DNA of 64,000 nucleotides, from NCBI GenBank assembly GCA_964481425.1, contig CAYZTM010000009.1:31452-95451 (forward strand). Direction: 5' to 3'. A model generated the notes under the pieces. The model saw only the letters and a program-made list of their open reading frames with translations. It had not been told where the DNA came from and did not search any database. The position numbers and the translations under genes were made by a program. Positions 1 through 9,937 of this stretch are shown piece after piece. The DNA comes from an uncultured Flavipsychrobacter sp. GTDB taxonomy: Bacteria > Bacteroidota > Bacteroidia > Chitinophagales > Chitinophagaceae. Numbering within the stretch: position 1 is the stretch's first letter; the number at the start of each line of letters is the position of its first letter.

Positions 1-489
1 GCACAGCAGAAACTTGATTTTACACAATGCTTTGCTTTCAAAGATTTCAATATCAGCATTAATCCTTACGAATACGAGTACTCTGACATTGACAATACCA
101 ACTACCGTAAGGTACCGATGGACATGGATTATTTCACGCTGTTTACATTCTCTGCAAAATTTGACCCCGTGCCTGCCATGCTCTGCCAGGACCAAACAAC
201 TACTATCAAAGGCTTTATGGGTCAGACCACTGCCTTCCGCAAAGACAAGTTGAAAACAAGCGTACTGGTGATGGGCGAAAACAAAGCCGCAAATGAGGCC
301 CGTTACATTCATGGCGAATTCGGCAAAGGCACATGGACCTTCTATGGAGGTCACGATCCCGAAGATTACCAGCACGTGATCGGTGACCCACCCACTGATC
401 TGAGCCTGCACCCTACATCGCCCGGTTACCGGCTGATACTGAATAATGTGCTTTTCCCGGCTGCTAAGAAAAAACCGAGAAAAACTTAA
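1..489 (+). CDS. conserved hypothetical protein, C-terminal fragment (5' end lies outside the window)
   Basis: Frame 1 is open from base 1 to the TAA at 487-489. The track ORF 118..489 is only the Met-delimited tail. I can assign no diagnostic motif. Confidence 0.5.
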   Translation, partial: AQQKLDFTQCFAFKDFNISINPYEYEYSDIDNTNYRKVPMDMDYFTLFTFSAKFDPVPAMLCQDQTTTIKGFMGQTTAFRKDKLKTSVLVMGENKAANEARYIHGEFGKGTWTFYGGHDPEDYQHVIGDPPTDLSLHPTSPGYRLILNNVLFPAAKKKPRKT

Positions 490-518
490 GTTCTTCTCCC
501 AATCGGTATCTTCACCGC

Positions 519-1385
519 ATGAATGTTGTTAGCAACCTGGTATATGATGTTGGCCTGCACGATGGCACTGATACCGAGTATTACTTACACAAAGGGTATA
601 ATGTAATTGCAATAGATGCCAACCCCAACCTGATCAAAAAAGCAGAGAAAAAATATGAAGACCATATACAACGGGGCAAACTGGTGTTGCTAAATGTAGC
701 AATATCTGATGTGGAGACTGAGTTGGCTTTTAGTATTAGTGCCGAAGACCAGTTCAGTTCACTGAACGAAGAAGCTGCCAAAAGGGGGAGCGGTATCAGA
801 AAGAAAGTAATCGTCAGTTCAAAAAAATTGTCTTCACTCTTCCGGGAGTATGGCATACCGATGTATTGTAAAATAGACATTGAAGGGTATGATGCCATCG
901 CGCTGCAAACACTGGATGCCACTCAAGGTCTGCCACAATATATTTCTGTAGAGACTGAGATGGTCCCTTTCAACGGATCGATCGAAGAAAAGGACATATT
1001 CTTTAACCTTAACCGCCTGCAACAACTTGGTTATACTAAGTTCAAATTTGTGAACCAGGATACACTTACCCCGCTCGAACCCTGCAAAAAGTTTTTTTTA
1101 CCTACAAAGCCCCTAAACTATTCGCTTCCGGCAAAAGCGAGCAGGTTTTTGAAACGTAAGCTTGGCTTTGCTAAACTCCCGGCTTACCAGCAGCATTTAA
1201 AAGATATACATGGCTATACGTTCGTGAATGGATCCTCCGGCCCCTTTGGCGAAAGTATAGAGGGCGATTGGTACGATTACGATACCGCCAAACAAATGCT
1301 ATTGCAGCATCGCAATGATTATCATGCACTGGAAACTGCTACCTACTTCGGCTTTTGGTGCGACTGGCATGCTAAACTTGGCTAA
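519..1385 (+). CDS. FkbM-family SAM-dependent methyltransferase
   Basis: 288-aa ORF. The N-terminus VYDVGLHDGTDTEYYLHKGYNVIAIDANP resembles the FkbM-type methyltransferase SAM-binding start. Confidence 0.65.
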   Translation: MNVVSNLVYDVGLHDGTDTEYYLHKGYNVIAIDANPNLIKKAEKKYEDHIQRGKLVLLNVAISDVETELAFSISAEDQFSSLNEEAAKRGSGIRKKVIVSSKKLSSLFREYGIPMYCKIDIEGYDAIALQTLDATQGLPQYISVETEMVPFNGSIEEKDIFFNLNRLQQLGYTKFKFVNQDTLTPLEPCKKFFLPTKPLNYSLPAKASRFLKRKLGFAKLPAYQQHLKDIHGYTFVNGSSGPFGESIEGDWYDYDTAKQMLLQHRNDYHALETATYFGFWCDWHAKLG

Positions 1386-1413
1386 AAAAACAGGGCTTTA
1401 TTTTAAAGCCCTG
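1384..1413. terminator. bidirectional stem-loop terminator between convergent genes
   Basis: cagggcttt/aaagccctg 9-bp stem (1391-1399 and 1405-1413) preceded by an A7 run, which is a T-run on the minus strand. It lies between the stops of 519..1385(+) and 1435..3663(-). Confidence 0.6.
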
Positions 1414-1434
1414 TAATCCCGATTCACTATTGAC

Positions 1435-3663
1435 CTATTTAAGTGTATACCTGATACCGCCATAAATATTCCTCCCCATAATGGGTCCCCATATCATCGA
1501 AGCATCAAAGTCTTTTGCATAAGGATCTGCAGCGCTTATGATAGGATCCGGTTGCATATAATTGCTTAGGTTTTCTGCCCCTGCATATACATCAATGCCG
1601 CTTTTGAATGACTTAGTTATTTGTGCATTCATCAACCAAAATGCCGGCGAGTAATAACCTGCGGAACTGTATGACGCGGGAACCCGTTTAGGCCCTGTCC
1701 ACTGTACGGTATAGTTGAATTTCCAGTTGTTTTTGGTTTCATAGGCCAGGTTCGCAAAAGCCCTGTGAGCCGGCAATAATGGTTTTTGTTTCAGCACACC
1801 GGCATAGCTTACCCTGACATCATACCACCTGTATGCCAACCTTATATCCAGGTTATGGATCAGTTCATAATCCAATTGCGCCTGCAGGCTATGTGCATAA
1901 GACGAGCCTTCCAGGTTGTAAAAAGATACCTGGCCCGGCATCTCTACGTCCGCAACAACCTGGTTTTGAAAATGTGTATAGTAATAATCTATACCAAAGC
2001 TGCCATCGCGGTAGTCGAGCATGAATTTTTGAGTAAGGTTTAGTCCCATGTTCCATGCTACTTCGGGCTTCAGGTCATAATTGTTTCCAGCAACCGGTAT
2101 ATGGAAAATTCGGTTACTTGCCATGTAACCCATGTTTTCTGCCAGTATATTTGCTGTACGTTGTGCCCTGCCGATAGATGCACGTATAGCAGTCTTACTA
2201 AATGGTGCGTAGCGGATATGCAGCCTCGGGGTAAGGAAAGCACCATATAGATTGTCATAATCTCCACGCAAGCCGGCAACCACATTGAATTTATCCAGGT
2301 AGTTATATGTGTACTCTGCAAAAGCACCCGGTACTATCTCTGTACGCCTTAAGCGTAATGTTTCGAACTGCTCGTTATAGTCGTCAAGCACCGAACTTAA
2401 GCCTGCCTTTATTACATGGTTTGTATTGTCTATTATGGACTGGAAGATAAGGTTGGCATACAAACTCTTTTGTGTAGCATTATATGCCCTTAACCCATAC
2501 AGGGCGTCCTGGTCATGATAAATACCCGACAATTGCAAACCCACACTGGTTGCCGGCTTATCCGGGAATATCTTACCTATTTTGGCCCAGCCCTCAGCGC
2601 GTCGCGTGTTAAGTTCAAAACCCCATGGCTTACTTGCCACCTGTTCAGCACCTTTGCTGTAATTCCATTGTCCGCCTGTGTTGGTATTATATACACCTTT
2701 TACCCCCGCCTGTAATTCAAGCCCCTTTGGCCCATGATAGAACCAACGGTTGAGTAGCAGGTATTGCTTATTCAAGGGGCGGTCCAGGAAGCCATCACCA
2801 TTCTGGTCGGTCTTCAGCCACTGTGAGCTTACATTGGCAAACAGGTTAGATGATAATTTTTTATTGAACTCCTTACGGCCATAGAAATTAGCCTCACTGC
2901 GTCCCTGGGCATTTTGATACACATTCAACAAAAGTTTTTCATCATTAAACGGTTTAAGCAGTTCAACATTTATCTGCCCTGCCACACTTTCGTAACCATT
3001 CACTACACTTCCGGTACCCTTGCTCAACTGCATACTCTCTATCCATATACCGGGCGTGTAGGTAAGCCCGGTGATGGCAGCCAACCCGCGCACATCGGGT
3101 ATATTCTCCCGTGTGATCAATGTGTACGGGCCTGCCAGGCCCAACATCTGTACCTGCTTATAGCCGGTGACAGCATCGGTAAACGCCACATCTACCGATG
3201 GCGTTGTTTCAAAACTTTCACTCAGGTTACAGCAGGCTGCCCTTAAAAGCTCGCCCTTGCCAATCTCTTCCATTTTCATAGGCTTCATCAGGCCCACCCT
3301 GGTAGTGTTCATGTGTTGTTTTATTACAACCTCGTTCAGTTTGCGGGGCGCTTTTAATACCACATTTATGTGGCTATCCTGTGCCCTTAACAGAACAGTA
3401 TCGGGGTCATAGCCTATATACGATACCACTACCTTATCAGTGCTATCCGGAATGGTAAGTTTAAAAATGCCATCAGCAGATGTCTGTGTTCCCATACCGG
3501 TTCCCGGCACCGCTACAGTCGCGCCCGGCAATACCTGTCTTTCGTTCTTTCCTGTCTTTTCATAGACCGTACCCGTCAGGCTCCGGTCTTTCGGTTGAGC
3601 TATTGCGGTCATGCAAAGAAGCATAGCCCCACCGCTAAATAGCAGTTTTATTTTATACTTCAT
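1435..3663 (-). CDS. TonB-dependent receptor with N-terminal carboxypeptidase-regulatory-like domain
   Basis: 742 aa. It has a signal peptide, a CarbopepD-like segment (GTVYEK..PGATVAV..GIFKL) and a plug region. The aromatic-rich beta-barrel C-terminus ends ..GRNIYGGIRYTLK, as is typical of TBDRs. Confidence 0.85.
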   Translation of the reverse strand: MKYKIKLLFSGGAMLLCMTAIAQPKDRSLTGTVYEKTGKNERQVLPGATVAVPGTGMGTQTSADGIFKLTIPDSTDKVVVSYIGYDPDTVLLRAQDSHINVVLKAPRKLNEVVIKQHMNTTRVGLMKPMKMEEIGKGELLRAACCNLSESFETTPSVDVAFTDAVTGYKQVQMLGLAGPYTLITRENIPDVRGLAAITGLTYTPGIWIESMQLSKGTGSVVNGYESVAGQINVELLKPFNDEKLLLNVYQNAQGRSEANFYGRKEFNKKLSSNLFANVSSQWLKTDQNGDGFLDRPLNKQYLLLNRWFYHGPKGLELQAGVKGVYNTNTGGQWNYSKGAEQVASKPWGFELNTRRAEGWAKIGKIFPDKPATSVGLQLSGIYHDQDALYGLRAYNATQKSLYANLIFQSIIDNTNHVIKAGLSSVLDDYNEQFETLRLRRTEIVPGAFAEYTYNYLDKFNVVAGLRGDYDNLYGAFLTPRLHIRYAPFSKTAIRASIGRAQRTANILAENMGYMASNRIFHIPVAGNNYDLKPEVAWNMGLNLTQKFMLDYRDGSFGIDYYYTHFQNQVVADVEMPGQVSFYNLEGSSYAHSLQAQLDYELIHNLDIRLAYRWYDVRVSYAGVLKQKPLLPAHRAFANLAYETKNNWKFNYTVQWTGPKRVPASYSSAGYYSPAFWLMNAQITKSFKSGIDVYAGAENLSNYMQPDPIISAADPYAKDFDASMIWGPIMGRNIYGGIRYTLK

Positions 3664-3677
3664 AGCCGATAAAGTTT

Positions 3678-4028
3678 TTAGTGTTTACCAATGGTTTCGT
3701 CCTTGTACCTGCAGCATGAGGGTAGTTTGTCATAGTCTGCATCCGTAACCTTTACCAATTCCGATTCATGACCGGCTTTAGCTACATGTTGCAGTATGGT
3801 CTCCGCATTAGTTACAGAAGGCTTGTAGATAAGGGTCAGCTCATGTGTTTCCTTATCCCATTCAGCACGCTTAACGCCCTTGATGTAAGCTGCATTCTCT
3901 ATGCGCTTTTTACATTGTCCGCAATTGCCGGAAACTTTATAATGCTCTGTAACAATGTCCTTTTTTTGCTGAGCGAAAAGAGAAAAAGAAGAAAATATTA
4001 TTGTTAGAAAAACGATAAAACGTTTCAT
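3678..4028 (-). CDS. heavy-metal-associated (HMA) domain protein, secreted
   Basis: 116 aa with a signal peptide. VSGNCGQCKKRIENA contains the CxxC metal-binding motif in an HMA-like fold context. Confidence 0.65.
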   Translation of the reverse strand: MKRFIVFLTIIFSSFSLFAQQKKDIVTEHYKVSGNCGQCKKRIENAAYIKGVKRAEWDKETHELTLIYKPSVTNAETILQHVAKAGHESELVKVTDADYDKLPSCCRYKDETIGKH

Positions 4029-4095
4029 AAAAAATCACTTATTTAGGTTAAAAAATAAAAACGATACAAATTCCCGCTATTGCGGGCAGCACCTG

Positions 4096-4518
4096 TTAAC
4101 CATAATAAGTGAAACGGGAGTGAAGCTTGTATAGAGGAATATTTTGCCAGTTACCCGGCGGTGCGTTTGCCCTATGTTGCGTAGCGATAACCGATAAGGC
4201 AGGTATGCCGGCCTCCTGTATATCAAATTGCGGCAACAGGGCCGGTAAAGCGTCGGGGGACTGTAAATTTAATTTGTAGGCTGAAACACTATTTTGATCT
4301 TGCTGCACTTTGGCCACCACCACTTTGTCCTTGCAGCACTTCATTGGTTTCTTTGACTCCCTGGGGCAGCCGTCTTTTTCGCAACCACCGCATGCAGTCG
4401 CCTTCAGGAATACATTCCACGACACTAGCTTGCTGCCGCAGTAATGCGTATTTATAGCCACACCCGACATTGCGAGCAGGTAAAAAAACATCAATGGTAT
4501 GGCAAGGAACCGCTTCAT
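4096..4518 (-). CDS. HYC_CC_PP family protein
   Basis: 140 aa. It shows the N-terminal TM segment, the HYC motif (INTHYCG), CC (MKCCKD) and a later PP (ANAPPG), in the order that gives this Bacteroidota family its name. It is adjacent to a TBDR, as is usual for the family. Confidence 0.6.
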   Translation of the reverse strand: MKRFLAIPLMFFYLLAMSGVAINTHYCGSKLVSWNVFLKATACGGCEKDGCPRESKKPMKCCKDKVVVAKVQQDQNSVSAYKLNLQSPDALPALLPQFDIQEAGIPALSVIATQHRANAPPGNWQNIPLYKLHSRFTYYG

Positions 4519-4592
4519 TATTCAAGGCAAAGATAAGTACTTATTGGTTTAAGCCTTTACAGGATAATGGCACAAGCTTATATTATTCTGTT

Positions 4593-5195
4593 CTATTGTT
4601 TTAATACCTTAGCCACTATGGGGGCCAGTTTCCCGACCCACAAAGCATATTCCCTTCCGGATGGATGCAGTCCATCGGAAGCAAGGAATGCTTCCTTTTT
4701 CCCATTTTCCCTGGTGGTATCGGTAATGTACAGGTAGTGGCATTTGTGGGCTTCCGTTATTTCCTTGCAGGCAGCATTGTAGCCATCTATTTCATGTGCT
4801 ACCTGTTGCCTGTCCCGCCCCTCAGCGAAGGGAGTCGCACCCCAATCCGGTATAGACAACACAAAAACATTTTGTGTATGGCCATTCGCAAAAACTATTG
4901 CTTGATCAAGTAATTGTGCATACTCCTCACGATAATTCTCTATGCTCCTGCCACGGTACTGGTTATTGACGCCGATAAGCAAGGTGACAAATGAGAAGGT
5001 TTCATGAATATTATGTGCCCTTATAGCCGCAACCAGTTCATCTGTCGTCCAGCCGGTTTGTGCAATGATGACGGGAGCTGCAACTTCTATCTTCTGCTCC
5101 GCCAGTAGTTTCACCAGTTGGTACGGGAAATTTTCCTGCATAGGCACTTGTTCGCCTATGGTATAAGAGTCGCCCAGCGCAAGGTATGTGTACAT
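4593..5195 (-). CDS. SGNH/GDSL hydrolase family protein
   Basis: 200 aa. Block I GDSYT (LALGDSYTIGE), block III GVNNQ and block V DGLHP are present. Confidence 0.8.
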   Translation of the reverse strand: MYTYLALGDSYTIGEQVPMQENFPYQLVKLLAEQKIEVAAPVIIAQTGWTTDELVAAIRAHNIHETFSFVTLLIGVNNQYRGRSIENYREEYAQLLDQAIVFANGHTQNVFVLSIPDWGATPFAEGRDRQQVAHEIDGYNAACKEITEAHKCHYLYITDTTRENGKKEAFLASDGLHPSGREYALWVGKLAPIVAKVLKQ

Positions 5196-5215
5196 CAGGG
5201 AAGTATTCGTTCGGA

Positions 5216-6589
5216 TCAGTTAATAAAGACAGTTTTCACATTCACAAACTCACGTATGCCAAATATACTCAATTCCCTTCCATAGCCGCTCTCTTTAACA
5301 CCACCGAAAGGCAAGCGGGGATCTGAATGGACGAAAGCATTCACGAAACAATTACCTGCCTGCAATTCTTTTGCAGCTATTTGCTCAGCCCTGGCCCTGT
5401 TCTTTGAAAAGATACCGGCTCCTAGGCCATAGATACTATCATTGGCTATCCTGATGGCATCTTTCTCATCCTTTGCATCTATTATCGCTGCCACGGGGCC
5501 AAATAATTCCTCATCATAAGCAGGCATGCCTTTCTTTACATTGGTCAATACGGTCGGGGGATAAAAGGCTCCCGGCCCTTCAGGTATATAGCCGCCACAA
5601 AGCAGTTTCGCTCCCATCGCAATACTTTTCTGTACCTGCTCATGCAGGGTATCACGCAAGTCCACACGGGCCAGTGGGCCTATTTTATTGCTCCTGTCCA
5701 TCGGATCGCCAAAAGTAGCAGCCTTCATCAGCGCTACCATTTGTTGTTCAAATTCTTTACGTATGGCCTTAACTGCAACAAATCTTTTGGCAGCCACGCA
5801 GCTTTGTCCACTGTTCACCAACCTGCCGTTCACACTTATCTGCACTGCATTCGTCATATCCGCATCTTCAAGAACGATGTAGGCATCACTGCCCCCAAGC
5901 TCCAGTACCTGTTTTTTGATATGTGAGGCTGCCACCGAGGCTACAGCCTTACCGGCAGCAGTACTGCCCGTCAGGGTAACCGCACTTATCACAGGCTCAG
6001 CGATAAGATCCTTCATCTGTGATGAGGGTAATAGTAAAGTCTTGAATAATCCTTTTGGCGCACCTGCTTTTTTCACAACTGATTCTATTGCCAATGCACA
6101 GCCGCTCACATTAGAGGCATGCTTCAATATCATGGTATTACCCGCCATGATAGCCGGCCCCATAGCGCGAAACACCTGCCAGTATGGAAAGTTCCATGGC
6201 ATGATGGCCAGCACCACTCCCAGGGGCTGAAAGGAAACATAGCTTTTGCGGGCATCGGTCTCCACCTTTTCATCAGCAAGGAATTTGAGTCCTTCCTTAG
6301 CATAGAACTCAAAGGTACGTGCGCACTTTTCCACCTCATCAAGGCTCTGCTGTATGGGCTTGCCCATTTCAGCGGTAGCCAGCTCCGCCAGCTTTTGCTT
6401 CTCCTTTCGCAGTTGTGCAGCGATCTTCTTCAATACCGCGCCCCGCTCCTTTAGGGTGAATAGCCGCCATTCATTATATGTTTTATGCGCCTGTTGCAGC
6501 GCTTTTTTCACTTTCGTTTCGTCATGTATTTCGTATGTAGCTAATAACGAACCTGTTGCAGGATTAACGGACTCTATAACATTTGCCAT
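5216..6589 (-). CDS. NAD(P)-dependent aldehyde dehydrogenase (succinate-semialdehyde dehydrogenase-like)
   Basis: 457 aa. ALDH signatures are present: LELGGSDA (catalytic Glu), GQSCVAAKR (catalytic Cys) and PFGGVKESG. Confidence 0.85.
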   Translation of the reverse strand: MANVIESVNPATGSLLATYEIHDETKVKKALQQAHKTYNEWRLFTLKERGAVLKKIAAQLRKEKQKLAELATAEMGKPIQQSLDEVEKCARTFEFYAKEGLKFLADEKVETDARKSYVSFQPLGVVLAIMPWNFPYWQVFRAMGPAIMAGNTMILKHASNVSGCALAIESVVKKAGAPKGLFKTLLLPSSQMKDLIAEPVISAVTLTGSTAAGKAVASVAASHIKKQVLELGGSDAYIVLEDADMTNAVQISVNGRLVNSGQSCVAAKRFVAVKAIRKEFEQQMVALMKAATFGDPMDRSNKIGPLARVDLRDTLHEQVQKSIAMGAKLLCGGYIPEGPGAFYPPTVLTNVKKGMPAYDEELFGPVAAIIDAKDEKDAIRIANDSIYGLGAGIFSKNRARAEQIAAKELQAGNCFVNAFVHSDPRLPFGGVKESGYGRELSIFGIREFVNVKTVFIN

Positions 6590-6714
6590 GGCTATCGGTA
6601 TTTTTATTCAAAATTAAATAAGACCGTGGCTACAAAACCTTTATTATTTTTGATGCCCCTATAAGTTTGTGTTAAATAAAAAAGAAGCCTGTTTAAAAAA
6701 CTGAAAATAAGAAC

Positions 6715-8118
6715 ATGACAGTTGATAAAATAAAATTTGGTACAGATGGCTGGCGTGCCATCATAGCCCAGGATTTCACAGTATATAATGTGGCCCGCGT
6801 ATCACAAGGCCTTGCCGACTGGCTGCTGAAACGGGGTGCTGAACCCAAAGTGGTAGTAGGTCATGATTGCCGTTTTGGTGGCGAACTGTTCTGCGAGACG
6901 GTCACCAAAGTTTTGTGTAGCAACGGCATCAAGGTATTCCTGGCAAAAGGCTTTGTCAGCACACCTATGATATCGTTCGGTGTACTGGAATTAAAAGCAC
7001 AACAGGGCGTTGTCATCACGGCATCGCATAATCCTCCTTCATATAATGGATATAAACTGAAAGGTGCACATGGCGGGCCTTCCAACCCTGACGATATTGC
7101 AGCCGTAGAGGCACTGATACCCGAAGAAGTGAATATTCCTAGTGAATCCCTGGCGCATTGGGAAAGCAAAGGGCTTGTGGAATATGTGAACCTGGAAGAT
7201 ATGTATGTGGACTACCTGCACACAAAATTTGATTTCAAGGCACTGACCGGGTCCCCATTCAAGATGGTCTATGATGCCATGTACGGTGCAGGGCAGAATG
7301 TCATCCGCAGGGCCCTCCCCGGCGCAGTATTACTGCATTGCGAAGAGAACCCCGGCTTTAAAGGCCAGGCGCCCGAGCCGCTGGATAAGAATTTACAGGA
7401 ACTGGCAAAGACCATCAGGACCACACCCGAATTAAAGATAGGCCTCGCTACGGACGGTGATGCCGATCGCATAGGCTTGTATGACGAAGACGGAAATTTC
7501 GTGGATGCACACCATATCATCCTGCTCCTTGTTCACTACCTGCACAAGTACAAAGGCATGAACGGGAAAGTTGCCATAGCCTTCTCCACTACCGACCGCG
7601 TAAAGAAAATGTGCGAAGCTTACGGTCTGCCGGTTGAAGTGACGCCTATTGGCTTCAAATACATCAGCGAAATAATGACACGCGAAGATGTGTTGGTTGG
7701 CGGCGAGGAAAGCGGGGGCATAGCCGTTAAAGGCCACATTCCCGAACGCGACGGCATTTATGACGGCCTGGTGCTTTATGAATATATGAGTAAGAGCGGC
7801 AAAACGCTGAAGGAGTTGTGCCAGGAAGTATATGATGTGGTAGGTACTTTTTTCTATGAGCGTAACGACATGCATATAGACAATGACAAAAAGAACGCTA
7901 TAATTAAAAAGGCCCAGGAAGACGGCTACCCTGCCTTCGGTAAATATACCTTCAACAGGCGCGAGACCATCGATGGGGTTAAATATCATCTTGACAATGG
8001 TGGCTGGATGATGCTTCGGGCATCAGGCACAGAGCCCCTGCTGCGTATCTATGCCGAGGGCAATAGCAAAGAAGAGACCCACGATATACTGGAGGAAGTA
8101 AAGAAGACCATCCTTTAA
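6715..8118 (+). CDS. phosphoglucomutase/phosphomannomutase family protein
   Basis: 467 aa. It has the phosphoserine loop TASHNPPSYNGYK, the Mg site ATDGDADR and the sugar loop GGEESGG. Confidence 0.9.
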   Translation: MTVDKIKFGTDGWRAIIAQDFTVYNVARVSQGLADWLLKRGAEPKVVVGHDCRFGGELFCETVTKVLCSNGIKVFLAKGFVSTPMISFGVLELKAQQGVVITASHNPPSYNGYKLKGAHGGPSNPDDIAAVEALIPEEVNIPSESLAHWESKGLVEYVNLEDMYVDYLHTKFDFKALTGSPFKMVYDAMYGAGQNVIRRALPGAVLLHCEENPGFKGQAPEPLDKNLQELAKTIRTTPELKIGLATDGDADRIGLYDEDGNFVDAHHIILLLVHYLHKYKGMNGKVAIAFSTTDRVKKMCEAYGLPVEVTPIGFKYISEIMTREDVLVGGEESGGIAVKGHIPERDGIYDGLVLYEYMSKSGKTLKELCQEVYDVVGTFFYERNDMHIDNDKKNAIIKKAQEDGYPAFGKYTFNRRETIDGVKYHLDNGGWMMLRASGTEPLLRIYAEGNSKEETHDILEEVKKTIL

Positions 8119-8142
8119 AACGGAATAGAAATAAGAAAACAT

Positions 8143-8169
8143 AAAAAAAGCAGGGCAGAAGCCCCGCTT
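8143..8169. terminator. bidirectional terminator between pgm-like gene and fsa
   Basis: aagcagggc-agaa-gccccgctt hairpin flanked by an A-run on the plus strand, which is a T-run for the minus-strand fsa transcript. Confidence 0.6.
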
Positions 8170-8189
8170 ACTCTTTGTATGATTGCAAA

Positions 8190-8843
8190 CTATTGCATTG
8201 ATTTGGCATCCTTCAGGAACTGCTCCAGGCCCAGGTCGGTGAGCGGATGTTTGAGCAGGCCCAGGATGGAACTAAGCGGGCAGGTGCATATGTCTGCCCC
8301 CGCTTCGGCACAGCGAACAATATGTAAGGGGTTGCGGATAGAGGCTGCAAGCACTTCGGTCATAAAACCTTGTGCATTGTAGATATTCACTATCTGCTCT
8401 ATAAGTTGTACCCCGTCCCAGTTGCTGTCGTCTATACGGCCTATGAAGGGCGATACGAAGCTTGCCCCGGCTTTAGCAGCCAGTATGGCTTGTCCAGCAG
8501 AGAACACCAGCGTACAGTTGGTACGGATACCATTATCCGTGAACCACTTGATCGCCTTCACGCCATCTTTTATCATAGGCACCTTCACTACTATGTTCTC
8601 GTGTATGGCAGCCAGTTTTTTACCTTCTTCTACGATCCCTTCGAAAGTAGTGCCCAATACCTCCGCACTCACAGGGCCATCCACTATCTCGCAAATGGTC
8701 TTGTAATGCTGCATCACGGCATCGTGGCCTTTGATACCTTCCTTAGCCATCAGCGACGGATTAGTGGTCACCCCATCCAGGATACCAAGATCGTGGGCCT
8801 CCTTTATCTGGTCGAGATTAGCTGTATCTATAAAAAATTTCAT
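8190..8843 (-). CDS. fsa: fructose-6-phosphate aldolase / transaldolase-like (class 3B)
   Basis: 217 aa. MKFFIDTANLDQIKEA..GVTTNPSL..VVKVP matches the Fsa/TalC family in both length and motifs. Confidence 0.9.
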   Translation of the reverse strand: MKFFIDTANLDQIKEAHDLGILDGVTTNPSLMAKEGIKGHDAVMQHYKTICEIVDGPVSAEVLGTTFEGIVEEGKKLAAIHENIVVKVPMIKDGVKAIKWFTDNGIRTNCTLVFSAGQAILAAKAGASFVSPFIGRIDDSNWDGVQLIEQIVNIYNAQGFMTEVLAASIRNPLHIVRCAEAGADICTCPLSSILGLLKHPLTDLGLEQFLKDAKSMQ

Positions 8844-8993
8844 ATAGCTTGTATTTCGGCTGCAAGTTAGTCAAAACATAAAGTGCAGAAAGCTATAAAT
8901 GATCAATTGGGGATAAATGGTGGATATGTTACGCACAATGCATCGAAGCACGGTCAGGGCACAATTTTTACTCCTTAAAAAAGAAAAACATAT

Positions 8994-9665
8994 ATGCTGC
9001 ACACCATATCGGTAATATCCATAGTAACAGGACTTATATCCTCACTCATAATACTTATTCACTTATTAAGCGGGCATCCACAGAAAATGATGGTCATGAA
9101 TTTTGTATGGGTGATCAGTGGGCTATATGGAGGTCCATTAGCACTCCTGGCCTATTTTACGGTCGGTAAGAGAGGCATGCAACATAGTGGCCATATGCAC
9201 GATCATGCTAAAACCTCGAAGATAAGCTGGCAAAGCGTAATGGTAAGCACCCTGCATTGTGGCAGCGGCTGTACTATGGGCGATATACTTGCCGAATCAC
9301 TGCTCCTGCTATTCCCTTTTACTCTATTTGGCAGCAAGCTTGCGGGGGCCTGGACGCTCGATTACCTCTTCGCATTTGCTATGGGCATCCTATTTCAGTA
9401 CTACTCCATAAAACCTATGAAAAACCTGGCCCCAAAAGCAGCCCTGCTGGCCGCGGTGAAAGCCGATACCTTATCGCTCACAACATGGCAGGTAGGTATG
9501 TATGGGGGCATGGCAATAGCGACCTTTCTCATTTTCAAGCATCATCTTGAAGCTTCCACAGCTTTGTTTTGGTTCGTTATGCAATTGGCAATGTTGTTGG
9601 GCTTTCTTACTGCCTACCCGGCAAATGTATGGCTGCTTAAAAAAGGGATAAAAGAGCCTATGTAG
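8994..9665 (+). CDS. DUF4396 domain membrane protein
   Basis: 223 aa and multi-pass. The conserved LHCGSGCTMGD motif is characteristic of DUF4396. Confidence 0.6.
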   Translation: MLHTISVISIVTGLISSLIILIHLLSGHPQKMMVMNFVWVISGLYGGPLALLAYFTVGKRGMQHSGHMHDHAKTSKISWQSVMVSTLHCGSGCTMGDILAESLLLLFPFTLFGSKLAGAWTLDYLFAFAMGILFQYYSIKPMKNLAPKAALLAAVKADTLSLTTWQVGMYGGMAIATFLIFKHHLEASTALFWFVMQLAMLLGFLTAYPANVWLLKKGIKEPM

Positions 9666-9887
9666 GCTACCCGACCGGGCATAAAAAAACTGGCAAGTTA
9701 CTCACATCGCGCCGCTACAACCGAACACCCTTGCTGCATTCCTGCCCTGGGGGATTCATCGGGAGCTGGCCGTATAAGACTTGCCAGGGCTGCAAAGGTA
9801 ATAAGATTTTGACTGTTTATCAGCTTATTTTCTGAAAATTACTTCCCTTTATCTCAAAACTTCAGGCAAACTTCACGGTATATTAAA

Positions 9888-9918
9888 TTGCAGATAATTT
9901 ATTTAAACTCTATATTTG
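9888..9918 (+). promoter_or_regulatory. Bacteroidota-type promoter (TTG-N20-TATATTTG)
   Basis: -33 TTG at 9888-9890 and -7 TAnnTTTG (TATATTTG) at 9911-9918, which is 19 nt upstream of the ATG at 9938. Confidence 0.45.
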
Positions 9919-9937
9919 CTAGTAAAATGAATCGCAT

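Noticed and set aside
9694-9787. 9-bp inverted repeat ctggcaagt / acttgccag separated by 76 nt in the spacer upstream of the NHL-repeat gene; possible ncRNA.
   Set aside because: It is a single short long-range pairing with no other recognisable structure or terminator. That is insufficient evidence without comparative data.
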